Assembly (NCBI GenBank): GCA_963666835.2
Contig: CAXXGO010000005.1
Span: 192,001-256,000, forward strand
Direction of reading: 5' to 3'
Length of the DNA: 64,000 nucleotides
From: Phycisphaerae bacterium
Lineage (GTDB): Bacteria; Planctomycetota; Phycisphaerae; UBA1845
A program made the position numbers and the translations under genes. This document shows positions 9,941 through 19,892 of this stretch, one piece after another (the stretch's first letter is position 1; each line of letters opens with the position of its first letter). Below the pieces are notes generated by a model. That model was not told the DNA's origin, did no database searches, and worked only from the letters and a program-made list of their open reading frames with translations.

Positions 9941-11443
9941 CTAGGTACACTTGAACCGCAGTACCGCCCGCCAGGCGATCCGGGCCAACTGCCAGCCGTG
10001 TCGGAAGAAGTGTGTCTTGGGCCGCCCATAGACGCGAGGGGCGTACTTCGTGGGTATCTCGCAAATCCGCAATCCGAGCCTATGCACCCCGAACAGCAAC
10101 TCGAAGTCCCCGAACGGATCGAAGATGTTCAAGAACCCCCATTGACGATGCACGCGCTGATACTGGCGGCGGTCGATTCCCTTGATGCCGCACAGCACAT
10201 CGGATGTGCGTTGCCCGAGAAACCAACTGAACCACAGGGCGAAGAGAATGTTGCCGATTACGTTTCGCAACGGCATGGAGTGCTTTTCCTTCGGGTAGAC
10301 GAACCGCGTGCCGTTAACATACTCGGCGTGGCCGGTCGCGATTAGCTCGAATACCTTCGTCACATCCTGGGGCGGCGAGGTTTGGTCTGCCTCGAGGATT
10401 ATAATGACGTCCCCGGTGGCGGCCCCGAAACCTCTCTGGGTAGCGTCACCCTGACCGATACCGTCTTGCTTGAGCAGCTTGATGTCCCTTTCCGGGTACG
10501 CCGCGATAACGCGCCGGATTTCTTCAGGAGTTCCGTCGGTGGAATGGCCTTCGACGAAGATGATCTCCGTATGCCGGCCGACGTCGGGGATGGCCTTGAC
10601 CAGCGGCTCGATGTTGCCGCGTTCGTCTCGGACGGTCAGGACGATCGTGCAGGTCTTGTTTTCCCAATCCGCTTCTTGGGGCCTTCGCCGCGCGATCAGC
10701 AACTCGGTGCCGGCCAGTCGGCTCGCCCCGGGGACCAACCCGCAGATTGCATTAACGAGCGGACCGAGCCCAAGGAAGTTTCGCGGGGCGAGCAACTTGC
10801 GTCGAATCTGGATGTTCTCGAAGCCGGCCGCGTTGAGACACACCTGGACGTTGTGGGCGCTGAGCCAGTTGGGCTGGCAGTGGGGGCGTACCAGTCGGAG
10901 CCGGGCGGCCAGCCTAATCAACGGCCACCACAGGTAGTTGTGTTGGAGCACCACGATCCGAGTGGTTGGAGTGCAGAGGCGGCTGATTCGTTTGAAGAAG
11001 GCGGGCAGATCATCCATCATGCTCGCCGTTCCGTTGAGCACGATGTACTCGAACGGTCCTTCGACCTCGAGGCGATCGTAACGGCTTCGAATGTAGGTGT
11101 GCTCGCCGTGCCGGCGGCGGGCAGCGTCGATCATCTCGGAGCACTCGTCGATCCCGACCCCACGGGTCGGGGCGAGAGCATCCAACAGCCGTCCGTCCTC
11201 GCATCCGATCAGCAGAACCGATTCACCTTCCGGAACGATGAAACGAAGATACTCGACGATCTTGCGATGATAGTAGCTGTTACGCCGCCGCCACTTGTCC
11301 AGGGTCCCGGCAACGGCTGCTCGGACCGCCGGCGCCTCTCGCCGCGGCAGGGCGGCCGAACTCCGGACCGGCGGAGTGTCCGTGGGCGTGTTCGACACGG
11401 CTGCGGGGTCGGCTGGTGTTGTCGACGTGAGTATCCCCATCAA
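9941..11443 (-). CDS. Fused methyltransferase-like domain / family 2 glycosyltransferase (polyprenol-phosphate sugar synthase-like)
   Basis: N-terminal LLIGCEDG Rossmann-like domain; C-terminal DERGNI, VEGHSTDGT, ILEAD, DVLCGIKG, DPFGDFELL. Confidence 0.88.
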   Translation of the reverse strand: MMGILTSTTPADPAAVSNTPTDTPPVRSSAALPRREAPAVRAAVAGTLDKWRRRNSYYHRKIVEYLRFIVPEGESVLLIGCEDGRLLDALAPTRGVGIDECSEMIDAARRRHGEHTYIRSRYDRLEVEGPFEYIVLNGTASMMDDLPAFFKRISRLCTPTTRIVVLQHNYLWWPLIRLAARLRLVRPHCQPNWLSAHNVQVCLNAAGFENIQIRRKLLAPRNFLGLGPLVNAICGLVPGASRLAGTELLIARRRPQEADWENKTCTIVLTVRDERGNIEPLVKAIPDVGRHTEIIFVEGHSTDGTPEEIRRVIAAYPERDIKLLKQDGIGQGDATQRGFGAATGDVIIILEADQTSPPQDVTKVFELIATGHAEYVNGTRFVYPKEKHSMPLRNVIGNILFALWFSWFLGQRTSDVLCGIKGIDRRQYQRVHRQWGFLNIFDPFGDFELLFGVHRLGLRICEIPTKYAPRVYGRPKTHFFRHGWQLARIAWRAVLRFKCT

Positions 11444-11524
11444 AGCGACTCTCTGAGACTCAGTAGCGTGTTTGTGGTAATGACATCCGAGGTTGTCACC
11501 CGAGGGGTGAAACGTGGTATCTCG

Positions 11525-12664
11525 TTACCGGTAGTGCGCCGGTTCCGCGGTTGCACAGACCTCGCCGATTCGGCTTCTCTGGTACATTTCGATAGACTCG
11601 CAGACTAACTCGACCTGCAACTCCGTCAGGTCTAATCCACTGGGCAACATCAGGCCCGATTCGAACAACTTGACGGATTGGGTCGGCTTGTAACGAACGA
11701 TCGAGTTCTGCGAGTTGAGACTCGGCTGCAGGTGCAGGGGGTAGAAGAAACGTCTGGTCGCGATGCCTGCTGCGTTCAGGTAGTCGGCCAGCCCTGCCGG
11801 GTCGTCCACAAGGATGTTGACCCGGAAGGGGACTACCTCGCCGAAGCCGTTGTCCGTGGGGAACCGGACTCCGGGGCAGTCGCGGAGCATGTTAAAGTAG
11901 GTTTCCCGCAAAGCCAGCTTGCGACGGATGGTGTCGTCGAGCTGATGGAATTGGGCCACGCCGATTGCAGCCTGCAAGTCCGTAATACGGAAGTTGTAGC
12001 CCATGTGCTCGTGTACGAAGGTCCCGCGGTGGAGGCGTCCCTGGTTTTTGAAGTATAGGCATTGTTCGGCCAGATCATCGTCGTTCAACAGAAGGGCGCC
12101 CCCTTCGCCGGTTGTCATGGTCTTGTCAGCGAAGAACGAGATGCACCCGATATCGCCGAACGTGCCGACGTGCCGGTCGCCGCAGGTTACGCCCATTCCC
12201 TGGGCGGCATCTTCCACGACCAGCAGTCCATGTCGTCGGGCGATGTCCATTATGACCGGCATGTCGCAGGTCTGCCCGTAAATATGCACCGGCATGATGG
12301 CTTTGGTGCGCGGAGTGATGCTCGCCTCGATTGCCTCTACCGAGATGTTGCCGTCGTACTCGTCCACATCAACCAGCACCGGCATGGCCCCGGTAAGGAC
12401 CACCGCGGAGGCGGTTCCGAAGAACGTGAAGTCCGGGACGATGACCTCGTCCCCGGGGCCGACCCCGAGCACCTTCAGCGCGGCAAACAGCGCCAGGGTG
12501 CCATTGGGGACCATGATGGCATGCCGGCAGCCGCAATAGTCCGCCAGCAACCTCTGGAGCTGCCGAGTATTCTTGCCCTCGGTGATCCAGTTCTCGTCCA
12601 AGGTCTCGAGGACGCGAGCGATCTCGGCCTTTCCGATCTGAGGACTGTACTCGTTAATTCGCAT
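11525..12664 (-). CDS. DegT/DnrJ/EryC1/StrS PLP aminotransferase, perosamine synthase-like
   Basis: NGTLAL, PVHIYGQ, EDAAQ, SFFADKTMTTGEGG and GYNFR motifs. Start MRINEY overlaps the upstream stop. Confidence 0.93.
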   Translation of the reverse strand: MRINEYSPQIGKAEIARVLETLDENWITEGKNTRQLQRLLADYCGCRHAIMVPNGTLALFAALKVLGVGPGDEVIVPDFTFFGTASAVVLTGAMPVLVDVDEYDGNISVEAIEASITPRTKAIMPVHIYGQTCDMPVIMDIARRHGLLVVEDAAQGMGVTCGDRHVGTFGDIGCISFFADKTMTTGEGGALLLNDDDLAEQCLYFKNQGRLHRGTFVHEHMGYNFRITDLQAAIGVAQFHQLDDTIRRKLALRETYFNMLRDCPGVRFPTDNGFGEVVPFRVNILVDDPAGLADYLNAAGIATRRFFYPLHLQPSLNSQNSIVRYKPTQSVKLFESGLMLPSGLDLTELQVELVCESIEMYQRSRIGEVCATAEPAHYR

Positions 12665-13622
12665 GAGATAGTTCTCGTTCAACGGATGACAAGTAGTCTT
12701 GTACGGTCTTGGCAATGCCGGTTCGTAGCGAAACCGCGGGAGCCCAACCGGTAAGATCGTGGAATCGACTCCCGTCCAGCAGTTTCTGCACGGCGCCGTC
12801 AGGACGGCTCGGATCAACCGTGAAGGACCCGTTCCAGCCGACGGCCTCGCGGATCAGTTCGGCCAGACCCAGAATCGAAATCCCCTCGGCGATTCCCACG
12901 TTGTAGATGCGGTGGTTGTTCAACAACGCTTCGTTTTCGCCGAATACCTGGATGAAGCGCACGATTGCCGCGGAGGCGTCGGTTACGTACATCCATTCGC
13001 GGACCGGGCGGCCGCTACCCCACAGCACGACGTGAGGCGCCTGCGTGCGTCCGGCCTCGACGACTTTGGCGATCAGGGCTCCGAGAGCGTGGCTACGCTG
13101 GGGCTCGAAGTGGTCCCCGGGGCCGTACATGTTTGGGAAGATCAGGTGGGCGGACCGCAAACCGGTCACGTTGCCGTAGGTTCGGCAGAGCCCCCACAGG
13201 GTCTTTCGCGGCAACCCATACATCAGAACGCTGTCATGGATTGGGCCGTCCCACCACTCGTCCTCGCGGTAGGTGTCTTTGTCGCCGGGGTAGGTGCAGT
13301 TTGGCATGACGGTGATCAAGTTCTTGACCCCCGATGCACGCAGTCCCTGCATCAACCCGGACGAGATGCGCAGGTTGTCCTCGAATACCTCGATGGCGTG
13401 TTCGCCGACGTAGCCGATTCCGCCCACGTGGGCGGCGCAATGGACCACCAAGTCGGGAGCGAGCTTGCGGATAGACCGGGTGGCCGCGACGCCGTCCCGA
13501 AGGTCGACTCCTTCGGATCGGCTGCAAGAGCAGGTGTCGTAGTCGGCGTCGCGGCAGGCTTGGACTACCTTGGAGCCGACGAATCCGGTTCCACCGGTAA
13601 CGAGTATTCTGTTGATCGCCAT
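12654..13622 (-). CDS. fcl: GDP-L-fucose synthase-like NAD(P)-dependent epimerase/reductase
   Basis: GGTGFVG, AAHVGGI, CTYP, NMYGPGDHF..SHAL and WGSGRPVREW motifs. Family-level call; exact product uncertain. Confidence 0.8.
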   Translation of the reverse strand: MAINRILVTGGTGFVGSKVVQACRDADYDTCSCSRSEGVDLRDGVAATRSIRKLAPDLVVHCAAHVGGIGYVGEHAIEVFEDNLRISSGLMQGLRASGVKNLITVMPNCTYPGDKDTYREDEWWDGPIHDSVLMYGLPRKTLWGLCRTYGNVTGLRSAHLIFPNMYGPGDHFEPQRSHALGALIAKVVEAGRTQAPHVVLWGSGRPVREWMYVTDASAAIVRFIQVFGENEALLNNHRIYNVGIAEGISILGLAELIREAVGWNGSFTVDPSRPDGAVQKLLDGSRFHDLTGWAPAVSLRTGIAKTVQDYLSSVERELSHAN

Positions 13623-13752
13623 TCCGTTGCCGATCCGCGTCGGGGCCGGGGCGGCGCCGCCTTCGTCGGCGGACAAACCTCCACCTTCTCGTGTTATCGG
13701 TACTTCCAAGGGGCGTCTGAATTGACTGGATGGCGTCTTCTTGAGCGGGGCC

Positions 13753-13916
13753 GCAGCGCAGGCTTCCAGCCTGCTGGACATGTCGACAGCGTCCATAATC
13801 GCGATGGAATGCCCCGGTGGCCCCGTAGCGCAGGTGCCGGACGTGGGGCAGGCCAACAGCGGATCTGAAGATGCAGACAGGATGTCTGCGTTACGTAGCG
13901 CAGGCTTCCAGCCTGC
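13753..13916. repeat. REP family C cluster (GTAGCGCAGGCTTCCAGCCTGC)
   Basis: Copies at 13753-13774 and 13895-13916, an inverted variant at 13873-13894, and another copy at 29979-30000. Confidence 0.82.
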
Positions 13917-14176
13917 CTAGGCGGTCAACGTGGTGGTGGGGAGCGCGAAAGACGTGTGATCGCGGTCCTGACGAGCGTCCTGCGAACGGAATGATCCGAG
14001 GTTTCGGATCATTTCGTTTTTGACTTAAGCTCGCTAATCCGATAAGCTCGCTGGTTGGAGTGGGATTGGGGAGCGTTTCGCCAATCAACGATCGACAACG
14101 GGCCGGTCCGCCCGCGAAGAGCACTATTAAGCGCCTAGGTTGTCCACGGGACTTGAATCCGATTGGGAGTACAGCA

Positions 14177-17100
14177 ATGGAACGGCACGGTTTGCGTATC
14201 CGGCAAGCGATCTTGGTTTTCATGGTTGCCTCGTGCGCGGTTTGCAGCCAGGTGAGCGCCGCGGGATCAGAGGTGGGGCGGGCTCAGGCGTTTGCCCTTA
14301 CGGTCCAGGTCGACTCGACCGGAACATCTCTTGGTATTGCGGATGGCGAGCAGTTCCACCGAACCGCCCGCGAAGTGGTCAATCAGCGCGCTATCGAAGT
14401 GCCGGGTTCGTCTGCTTGCGTAGTCCTTTGGGATGAGGTCGTCGACGCGGAGTCGAAGGCGACGGCGCCATTCTACGCCATCAGCCGTGACGGCCGGAGC
14501 ATGGCCGCGATCAGAGAGACCTCGTACGTTCTCAAACTAAGATACGGCGATTTCGATCCGAGCGTGTTCGTGCCGCGGGTGGAATACTCGTTGGCAACTG
14601 AAGATGACGCGGGCATGTACATCGTCCAGTTCGTCACGCAGCCTCTGGCGGAGTACCGAGCGGCGATTGAGGAATTGGGTGGTGAAGTTCATCAGTTTCT
14701 GGCAAACCACGCCCATTTCGTACGGATGGATCCGGCCGTGCGGGACGCGGTGGCAGATCTTCCGTTTGTGCGGTGGGTCGGCCCGGTACATGCCGCATAC
14801 AAGCTTGAGGAGGAGATCTACGGGCAGTTGCTGACCGGGGCGAAGGTGGAGCCGCGGCGCTACTCGATAATGCTGTATGAGCGCGGTCCGGTTGCACAGG
14901 ATCGGGTAGCGGCCCATATTTTGGAGCTGGGCGCCAAGATCCATGGAACGACGCCGCAGGGCTTCCGAATCGAAGCTACGATGACCTTGGACCAGGTTCT
15001 GCAGATCGCCCAGCTTGACGACGTGATGTTCATCGATCGCAAGGGGAGGCTCGAGGTCGATATGGACATCGTGCGGAACATCGGCGGGGCCAACTACGTA
15101 GAGGGCGTTCTGGGTTTCACCGGGCAGGGGGTCCGCGCGGAGGTAGCCGATAGTGAGTTGGACGTGAGTCATACGGAGTGGTCGCAACCTCCGATCATTC
15201 ACGTATCCGGCAGCGATTTGGATCATGGTACATCGGTCTACGGCATACTCTTCGCCCGCGGTGCGGCACCGCAAGCCAGGGGGCTGATTCCGGATGCCGT
15301 GGGTATTTTCGCCTACAGCGACGGGCTGCTCGGGGGCGGGACCACGCGGTACACGCATACCGCCGAGTTGGTCGACCCGGTGGGGCCGTATCGAACCGTC
15401 TTTCAAACCAACAGTACCGGAGACCCGCGTACTCTGTATTACACGACCATCTCGGCCGAGATGGATGATCTCCTCTTCGTCTATGACTTGGCCCTGACCC
15501 AGTCGCAGAGCAACGCCGGCACTCGGGATTCCCGCCCGCAGGCCTGGGCGAAGAACGTCATCTCCGGTGGGGCGATCGAGCACTACAACACATTGACCCG
15601 CGACGACGACTGCTGGTGCAGCCAGGCCAGCATCGGCCCGGCCGAGGACGGCCGGATCAAGCCGGACCTGTGCTTCTTCTACGACGACACGTATACGACC
15701 ACTGCCGGCGGCGGGTATACCGAGTTCGGCGGCACGAGCGGTGCGACTCCCAGTATCGCCGGGCACGTTGGGCTGTTCTTTCAGATGTGGTCCGAGGGTA
15801 TCTTCGATAATGAGGTCCCGGTGCCCGGAGGGACCGTGTTCGAGAACCGTTCGCACATGACTACCGCCAAGGCGGTGCTGATCAATACCGCCAACCAATA
15901 CCCGTTCAGCGGCACCAGCCATGATCTGACTCGGGTCCATCAAGGCTGGGGGATGCCTGATCTGCGCTACCTGTACGACATGCGGAACGATATGTCGATC
16001 ATTGACGAAACGGAACTGCTCGGAAACATGGAGAGTATGGAGTACTCGGCCTATGTTGCTGTTGGTACCCCGGAGTTGAGGGCCACACTGGTGTACGCCG
16101 ATCCGATGGGCGTGGTATCGTCGTCGCAGGACCGTATCAACGATTTGACTCTCAAGGTGACGTCGCCTTCGGAGGTTGTTTACTGGGGCAACAACGGGCT
16201 TCTGGAGGGAAACTGGTCGGTAGCGGGTGGCTCGCCCAATACGATCGACACGGTTGAGAACGTCTTCGTTGAAAACCCGGAGGAAGGCATCTGGCTGGTG
16301 GAGGTTATCGCCAGCGAAGTCAATCAGGACGGCCACGTGGAAACACCCGAGTTGGATGTGGATTACGCGCTGGTGACATCCGGAGCGCTTTTGGCGACCT
16401 GTACGTCCGACGGCCGGATCAGACTGCCGAGGGATCGCTTCGCGTGTGAGGACGAGCTGGCCATCCGCGTGGTGGATTGCGATCTGAACGGTGATGACGG
16501 GATGGTGGAGACCGCGACGGTAGTTGTTCAATCCACCACCGAGCCCGGCGGGGAGACGATAGTCCTGACGGAGACCGGACCCCTGACGGCGGACTTCCGC
16601 GGTACGGTGATGTTGAGCGTGACCGATGGAGTCGGAGTCGTGCAGGTCTCGGACGGGGATGCGGTTACTATCACCTATATTGACGAGGATGACGGGCAGG
16701 GGGGCGTCGATGTACCCGTGGTCTTTGATGGCGAGGTGGACTGCGTACCGCCGACGATCTTCGACGTTCAAGCCGTTAACATCCAGCCGCGCAGCGCGAC
16801 TATTACTTTTTCGACCGATGAGCCCGCCACCGGTGCGGTGCGTTACGGGCTAAGCTGCGGGGCTCTGACGGAAGAGGTTTCGGTTGCGGGGTACGGGATG
16901 GCGCACGAGTTGAGCCTGCTCCAATTGGATGACCAGACCGCGTACTACTACGTTGTAGACGCCGAAGATGAGGCCGGCAATCTCCAGACCGACGACAACG
17001 GTGGTAACTGCTATGCATTTGTCACTCCGGACGTACCGGACTTCTTCACCGAGCTGTTTTCGGGAGGCCGTGATCTGGCGAATGTACGTATGGGGTTCAG

Positions 17101-18382
17101 CCCCAACGCCACCGTTGATTTCTACGCGGGCTGCATCGAGCCGATCGACGAGTTGCCGACCGATCCCACGGGCGGAAGCTCTCTTTCGTTCACTCCGAGT
17201 GCCGATGACGGTTCCGCGGTCGTTACGTTGACGGGTGGGGCGACGGTGTCATTGTACGGGGAGTCCTACAATGAGTTTCATGTGGGCACCAATGGGTACA
17301 TCACCTTTGGCGTTGGTGACTCCGACTTCGACGAAACGCTGGCTGAGCACTTCGCGCTGCCGCGAATCGCGGCGTGGTATGACGATCTGAATCCCGGTTC
17401 AAGTGGTTCGGTTACATGGCGGCAGCTTGACGATCGAGTCGCGGTTACCTGGCTTGGCGTTCCGGAGTGGAATACGTCGAACTCTAATACGTTTCAGATC
17501 GAAATATTCTTCGACGGGACGATCATGGTTAGCTACCTTGCGATGGCGGCCGATGACGGATTGGCGGGCTTGTCGGCGGGAGCCGGGTTGGACCCGGAAT
17601 ACGTTGCAACAGATTTGTCGGAGATGGGTGACTGCATACCACCGGACTGCAACGAAAACGGGATTCCCGACGACGAAGATATTGCCGCGGGGACCAGTGC
17701 GGACTGTAACGTGAATACCATTCCGGATGAGTGCGATATTAGCGGGGGTATTTCTCAGGACACTAACGGAAACGGTGTGCCCGATGAGTGCGTCGAGGTA
17801 CCCATGCCGCCGCCGGCGCCGCACGACGTCAAGAAGAACCGTTACATCTCCTTCGTTCCAAACAACACCGAGCCGGTGGCGTTTCAGATCGAGATGACCA
17901 AATGTACGCTTTTCCCGGATTCCACCGGAGTGGTCGGTTGGGTTGATATCCCGGATGAGGACGGGATGGCGGAAGTCGCGGACGACGCGGTTTTCAGCAC
18001 GGCGTGGCCTGAGGTGGTGCATGTCGGTGGTTGCGGAATTGTCCCAACGGCCCAGTTCGGAGTACGGGCGACGGCCAACGGCGCTCTGTTCACAGATTCT
18101 CTGGGGCTGGGCACCGTCTCAAAGCCTGCGCCGAAGAACTGGGCCGACTGTGTCGGTGATTACTCGACGACATGGTCGGCACCGAATGGCGTGGTCAACA
18201 TCAGCGATGTTATGGCTATCCTGCAGGCGTTCCAGTTTGCCCCCAGTGCTCCGCCGATTCCGTGGGTGGACCTCGACCCCGAAGTTCCCAACGGCATAGT
18301 GAACATGACGGACGTCCAACAGGCCGTGAGTGCCTTCAAAGGGATGGCCTACCCGTTCAGCTCGCCGGCCGATTGTCCGTAG
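14177..18382 (+). CDS. Secreted S8 (subtilisin-like) serine peptidase with FN3-like domain, DCNxNGxPD repeats and C-terminal dockerin-like module
   Basis: Signal peptide; triad motifs VADSE, DHGTSV and GGTSGATP; NDLTLKV..VENV beta-domain. Confidence 0.92.
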   Translation: MERHGLRIRQAILVFMVASCAVCSQVSAAGSEVGRAQAFALTVQVDSTGTSLGIADGEQFHRTAREVVNQRAIEVPGSSACVVLWDEVVDAESKATAPFYAISRDGRSMAAIRETSYVLKLRYGDFDPSVFVPRVEYSLATEDDAGMYIVQFVTQPLAEYRAAIEELGGEVHQFLANHAHFVRMDPAVRDAVADLPFVRWVGPVHAAYKLEEEIYGQLLTGAKVEPRRYSIMLYERGPVAQDRVAAHILELGAKIHGTTPQGFRIEATMTLDQVLQIAQLDDVMFIDRKGRLEVDMDIVRNIGGANYVEGVLGFTGQGVRAEVADSELDVSHTEWSQPPIIHVSGSDLDHGTSVYGILFARGAAPQARGLIPDAVGIFAYSDGLLGGGTTRYTHTAELVDPVGPYRTVFQTNSTGDPRTLYYTTISAEMDDLLFVYDLALTQSQSNAGTRDSRPQAWAKNVISGGAIEHYNTLTRDDDCWCSQASIGPAEDGRIKPDLCFFYDDTYTTTAGGGYTEFGGTSGATPSIAGHVGLFFQMWSEGIFDNEVPVPGGTVFENRSHMTTAKAVLINTANQYPFSGTSHDLTRVHQGWGMPDLRYLYDMRNDMSIIDETELLGNMESMEYSAYVAVGTPELRATLVYADPMGVVSSSQDRINDLTLKVTSPSEVVYWGNNGLLEGNWSVAGGSPNTIDTVENVFVENPEEGIWLVEVIASEVNQDGHVETPELDVDYALVTSGALLATCTSDGRIRLPRDRFACEDELAIRVVDCDLNGDDGMVETATVVVQSTTEPGGETIVLTETGPLTADFRGTVMLSVTDGVGVVQVSDGDAVTITYIDEDDGQGGVDVPVVFDGEVDCVPPTIFDVQAVNIQPRSATITFSTDEPATGAVRYGLSCGALTEEVSVAGYGMAHELSLLQLDDQTAYYYVVDAEDEAGNLQTDDNGGNCYAFVTPDVPDFFTELFSGGRDLANVRMGFSPNATVDFYAGCIEPIDELPTDPTGGSSLSFTPSADDGSAVVTLTGGATVSLYGESYNEFHVGTNGYITFGVGDSDFDETLAEHFALPRIAAWYDDLNPGSSGSVTWRQLDDRVAVTWLGVPEWNTSNSNTFQIEIFFDGTIMVSYLAMAADDGLAGLSAGAGLDPEYVATDLSEMGDCIPPDCNENGIPDDEDIAAGTSADCNVNTIPDECDISGGISQDTNGNGVPDECVEVPMPPPAPHDVKKNRYISFVPNNTEPVAFQIEMTKCTLFPDSTGVVGWVDIPDEDGMAEVADDAVFSTAWPEVVHVGGCGIVPTAQFGVRATANGALFTDSLGLGTVSKPAPKNWADCVGDYSTTWSAPNGVVNISDVMAILQAFQFAPSAPPIPWVDLDPEVPNGIVNMTDVQQAVSAFKGMAYPFSSPADCP

Positions 18383-18404
18383 TCGGCGGCTCCGCGGTTA
18401 ATGA

Positions 18405-19706
18405 CTAATGTGCGATGTTCAGGGTATATGCCCCCAGGCTGTTCGAATTTCGAATGAACAGCTTGGCGTTTACCAAAGCAGCTCTTGCCCAAGTGTGGGG
18501 TGCGGCGAGAAGAACTTGCGAATAAACGGTCAGGCCCTTGGGCGAGAGTCCCGCCGACGTCAGTAACCCGGCCTTATCGTAGATTACGACCGCGTTGTCG
18601 TGGAGGAAGCAACTGGCCTCGGGGAAAGCATCGTCGCGCCAGGCAATACCTCCGTCTCGAATGTCGATTGCGGCGAAGAACGAAGACGACTGGCCCGCAA
18701 GACTGCCGTACAGATAGTTGCCCATGCGAATGATGCTGGCGAAGTAGAACCGTATCTTCTGATCATGCCACAACTCGTGGTGCTCGGTTCTGTCGTTCTT
18801 GCTGGTCACCCGGAGGGCACGCCCGCCATCCCCAATCGAGCCGACGTACAGCAGACCGTCGGGCCATCCCATCAGCGAGGCCCGTTGCGTGCCTTCATCA
18901 GTCACGTGCGGATGGCGCCAGAGGGTTCGACCGGTGTCCGCGTCGAGTCCGACTATCTCTCGGGCAGTCAGGAAAACGACGTGGGTCTGATCGCCTATGT
19001 TCATCAGGATGGGCGATGCGTAGCGCGTCTCGAACGGTTCGCTCTTCCACCGTACCGAGCCATCGGCCACTTCCAGCGAGACGACTCCGTGTTCTGCGCT
19101 ACCAATTACGGCGATTACCGAGTCTCGGTGTATCGCACCTATCTCGGAGTATCCGTGGGGCCGCGCGGTTCCGGGGAAGTCGCCGGCCAGATTCCGGCTC
19201 CAGACAATCTCCCCGGTGTACGTGTTGAAGCAGTGGGTATATCCAGCATAACCGATGCTGATCAGGTGTTTGCCGGCGACTAGCAAGGTTGTTCCGGCGT
19301 GGTCTCCTGAGGTCGTCGAGATATGGTTGGCTACCGGTGTCGAATAGCGGTGAGCCCACTTAGTGGTGCCGGTAAGGTCTCCCACGGCAACGACCACATC
19401 TGCATTGTTTTCGTGGTGCATGGTATAGGCGTTGAGCCGGTCCGCGACAATCGCCGACCTATCCCCAGGGAGCGCGCGCCTCCACAGGGGCAGTGGTCCT
19501 TTAGGAGCCCATCGATCGACGGGGATCTTGGCGGCCGGTTCGGAACTCGGTGTTGCGTCATCCGGGGCCCCTTGCTGCGCGAAAGCAAGTGAAATACTAG
19601 TAGATATTGCCAAGAGGATAGCGGTAGCGGTCAGACAGGAGTGTCCGGCCCGACTCTGCATGAGAATATGGGATGACGTCATCGCGATGCTCCTTTTGTC
19701 TACCAT
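18405..19706 (-). CDS. PQQ-binding-like beta-propeller repeat protein (BamB-like repeats)
   Basis: Repeated TG..xW motifs (TGEIVWS, DGSVRWK, TGRTLWR), YASPIL and a signal peptide. Confidence 0.85.
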   Translation of the reverse strand: MVDKRSIAMTSSHILMQSRAGHSCLTATAILLAISTSISLAFAQQGAPDDATPSSEPAAKIPVDRWAPKGPLPLWRRALPGDRSAIVADRLNAYTMHHENNADVVVAVGDLTGTTKWAHRYSTPVANHISTTSGDHAGTTLLVAGKHLISIGYAGYTHCFNTYTGEIVWSRNLAGDFPGTARPHGYSEIGAIHRDSVIAVIGSAEHGVVSLEVADGSVRWKSEPFETRYASPILMNIGDQTHVVFLTAREIVGLDADTGRTLWRHPHVTDEGTQRASLMGWPDGLLYVGSIGDGGRALRVTSKNDRTEHHELWHDQKIRFYFASIIRMGNYLYGSLAGQSSSFFAAIDIRDGGIAWRDDAFPEASCFLHDNAVVIYDKAGLLTSAGLSPKGLTVYSQVLLAAPHTWARAALVNAKLFIRNSNSLGAYTLNIAH

Positions 19707-19892
19707 CGACGGCTAGGCTTCCGGAGGGTACATCGCCTCCGAGTCTTCGTCGATTACAGGTCGCAGAGTATAAACGCCGTGGGTCGTCGCTGCCAGAGCG
19801 GTTCAATGTGCGGAAGAAGCGTAGCGGTAAGTGATCCGCGATTGCTTCATTGCAGCCGACTGGACGAACCGGTGCGGGAAAGCAGTGACGGT

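Noticed and set aside
14537..16771. 744-aa minus-strand ORF and similar long antisense ORFs (10382, 12759, 34324, 58408)
   Set aside because: They lie opposite motif-supported genes, which is expected in GC-rich DNA.
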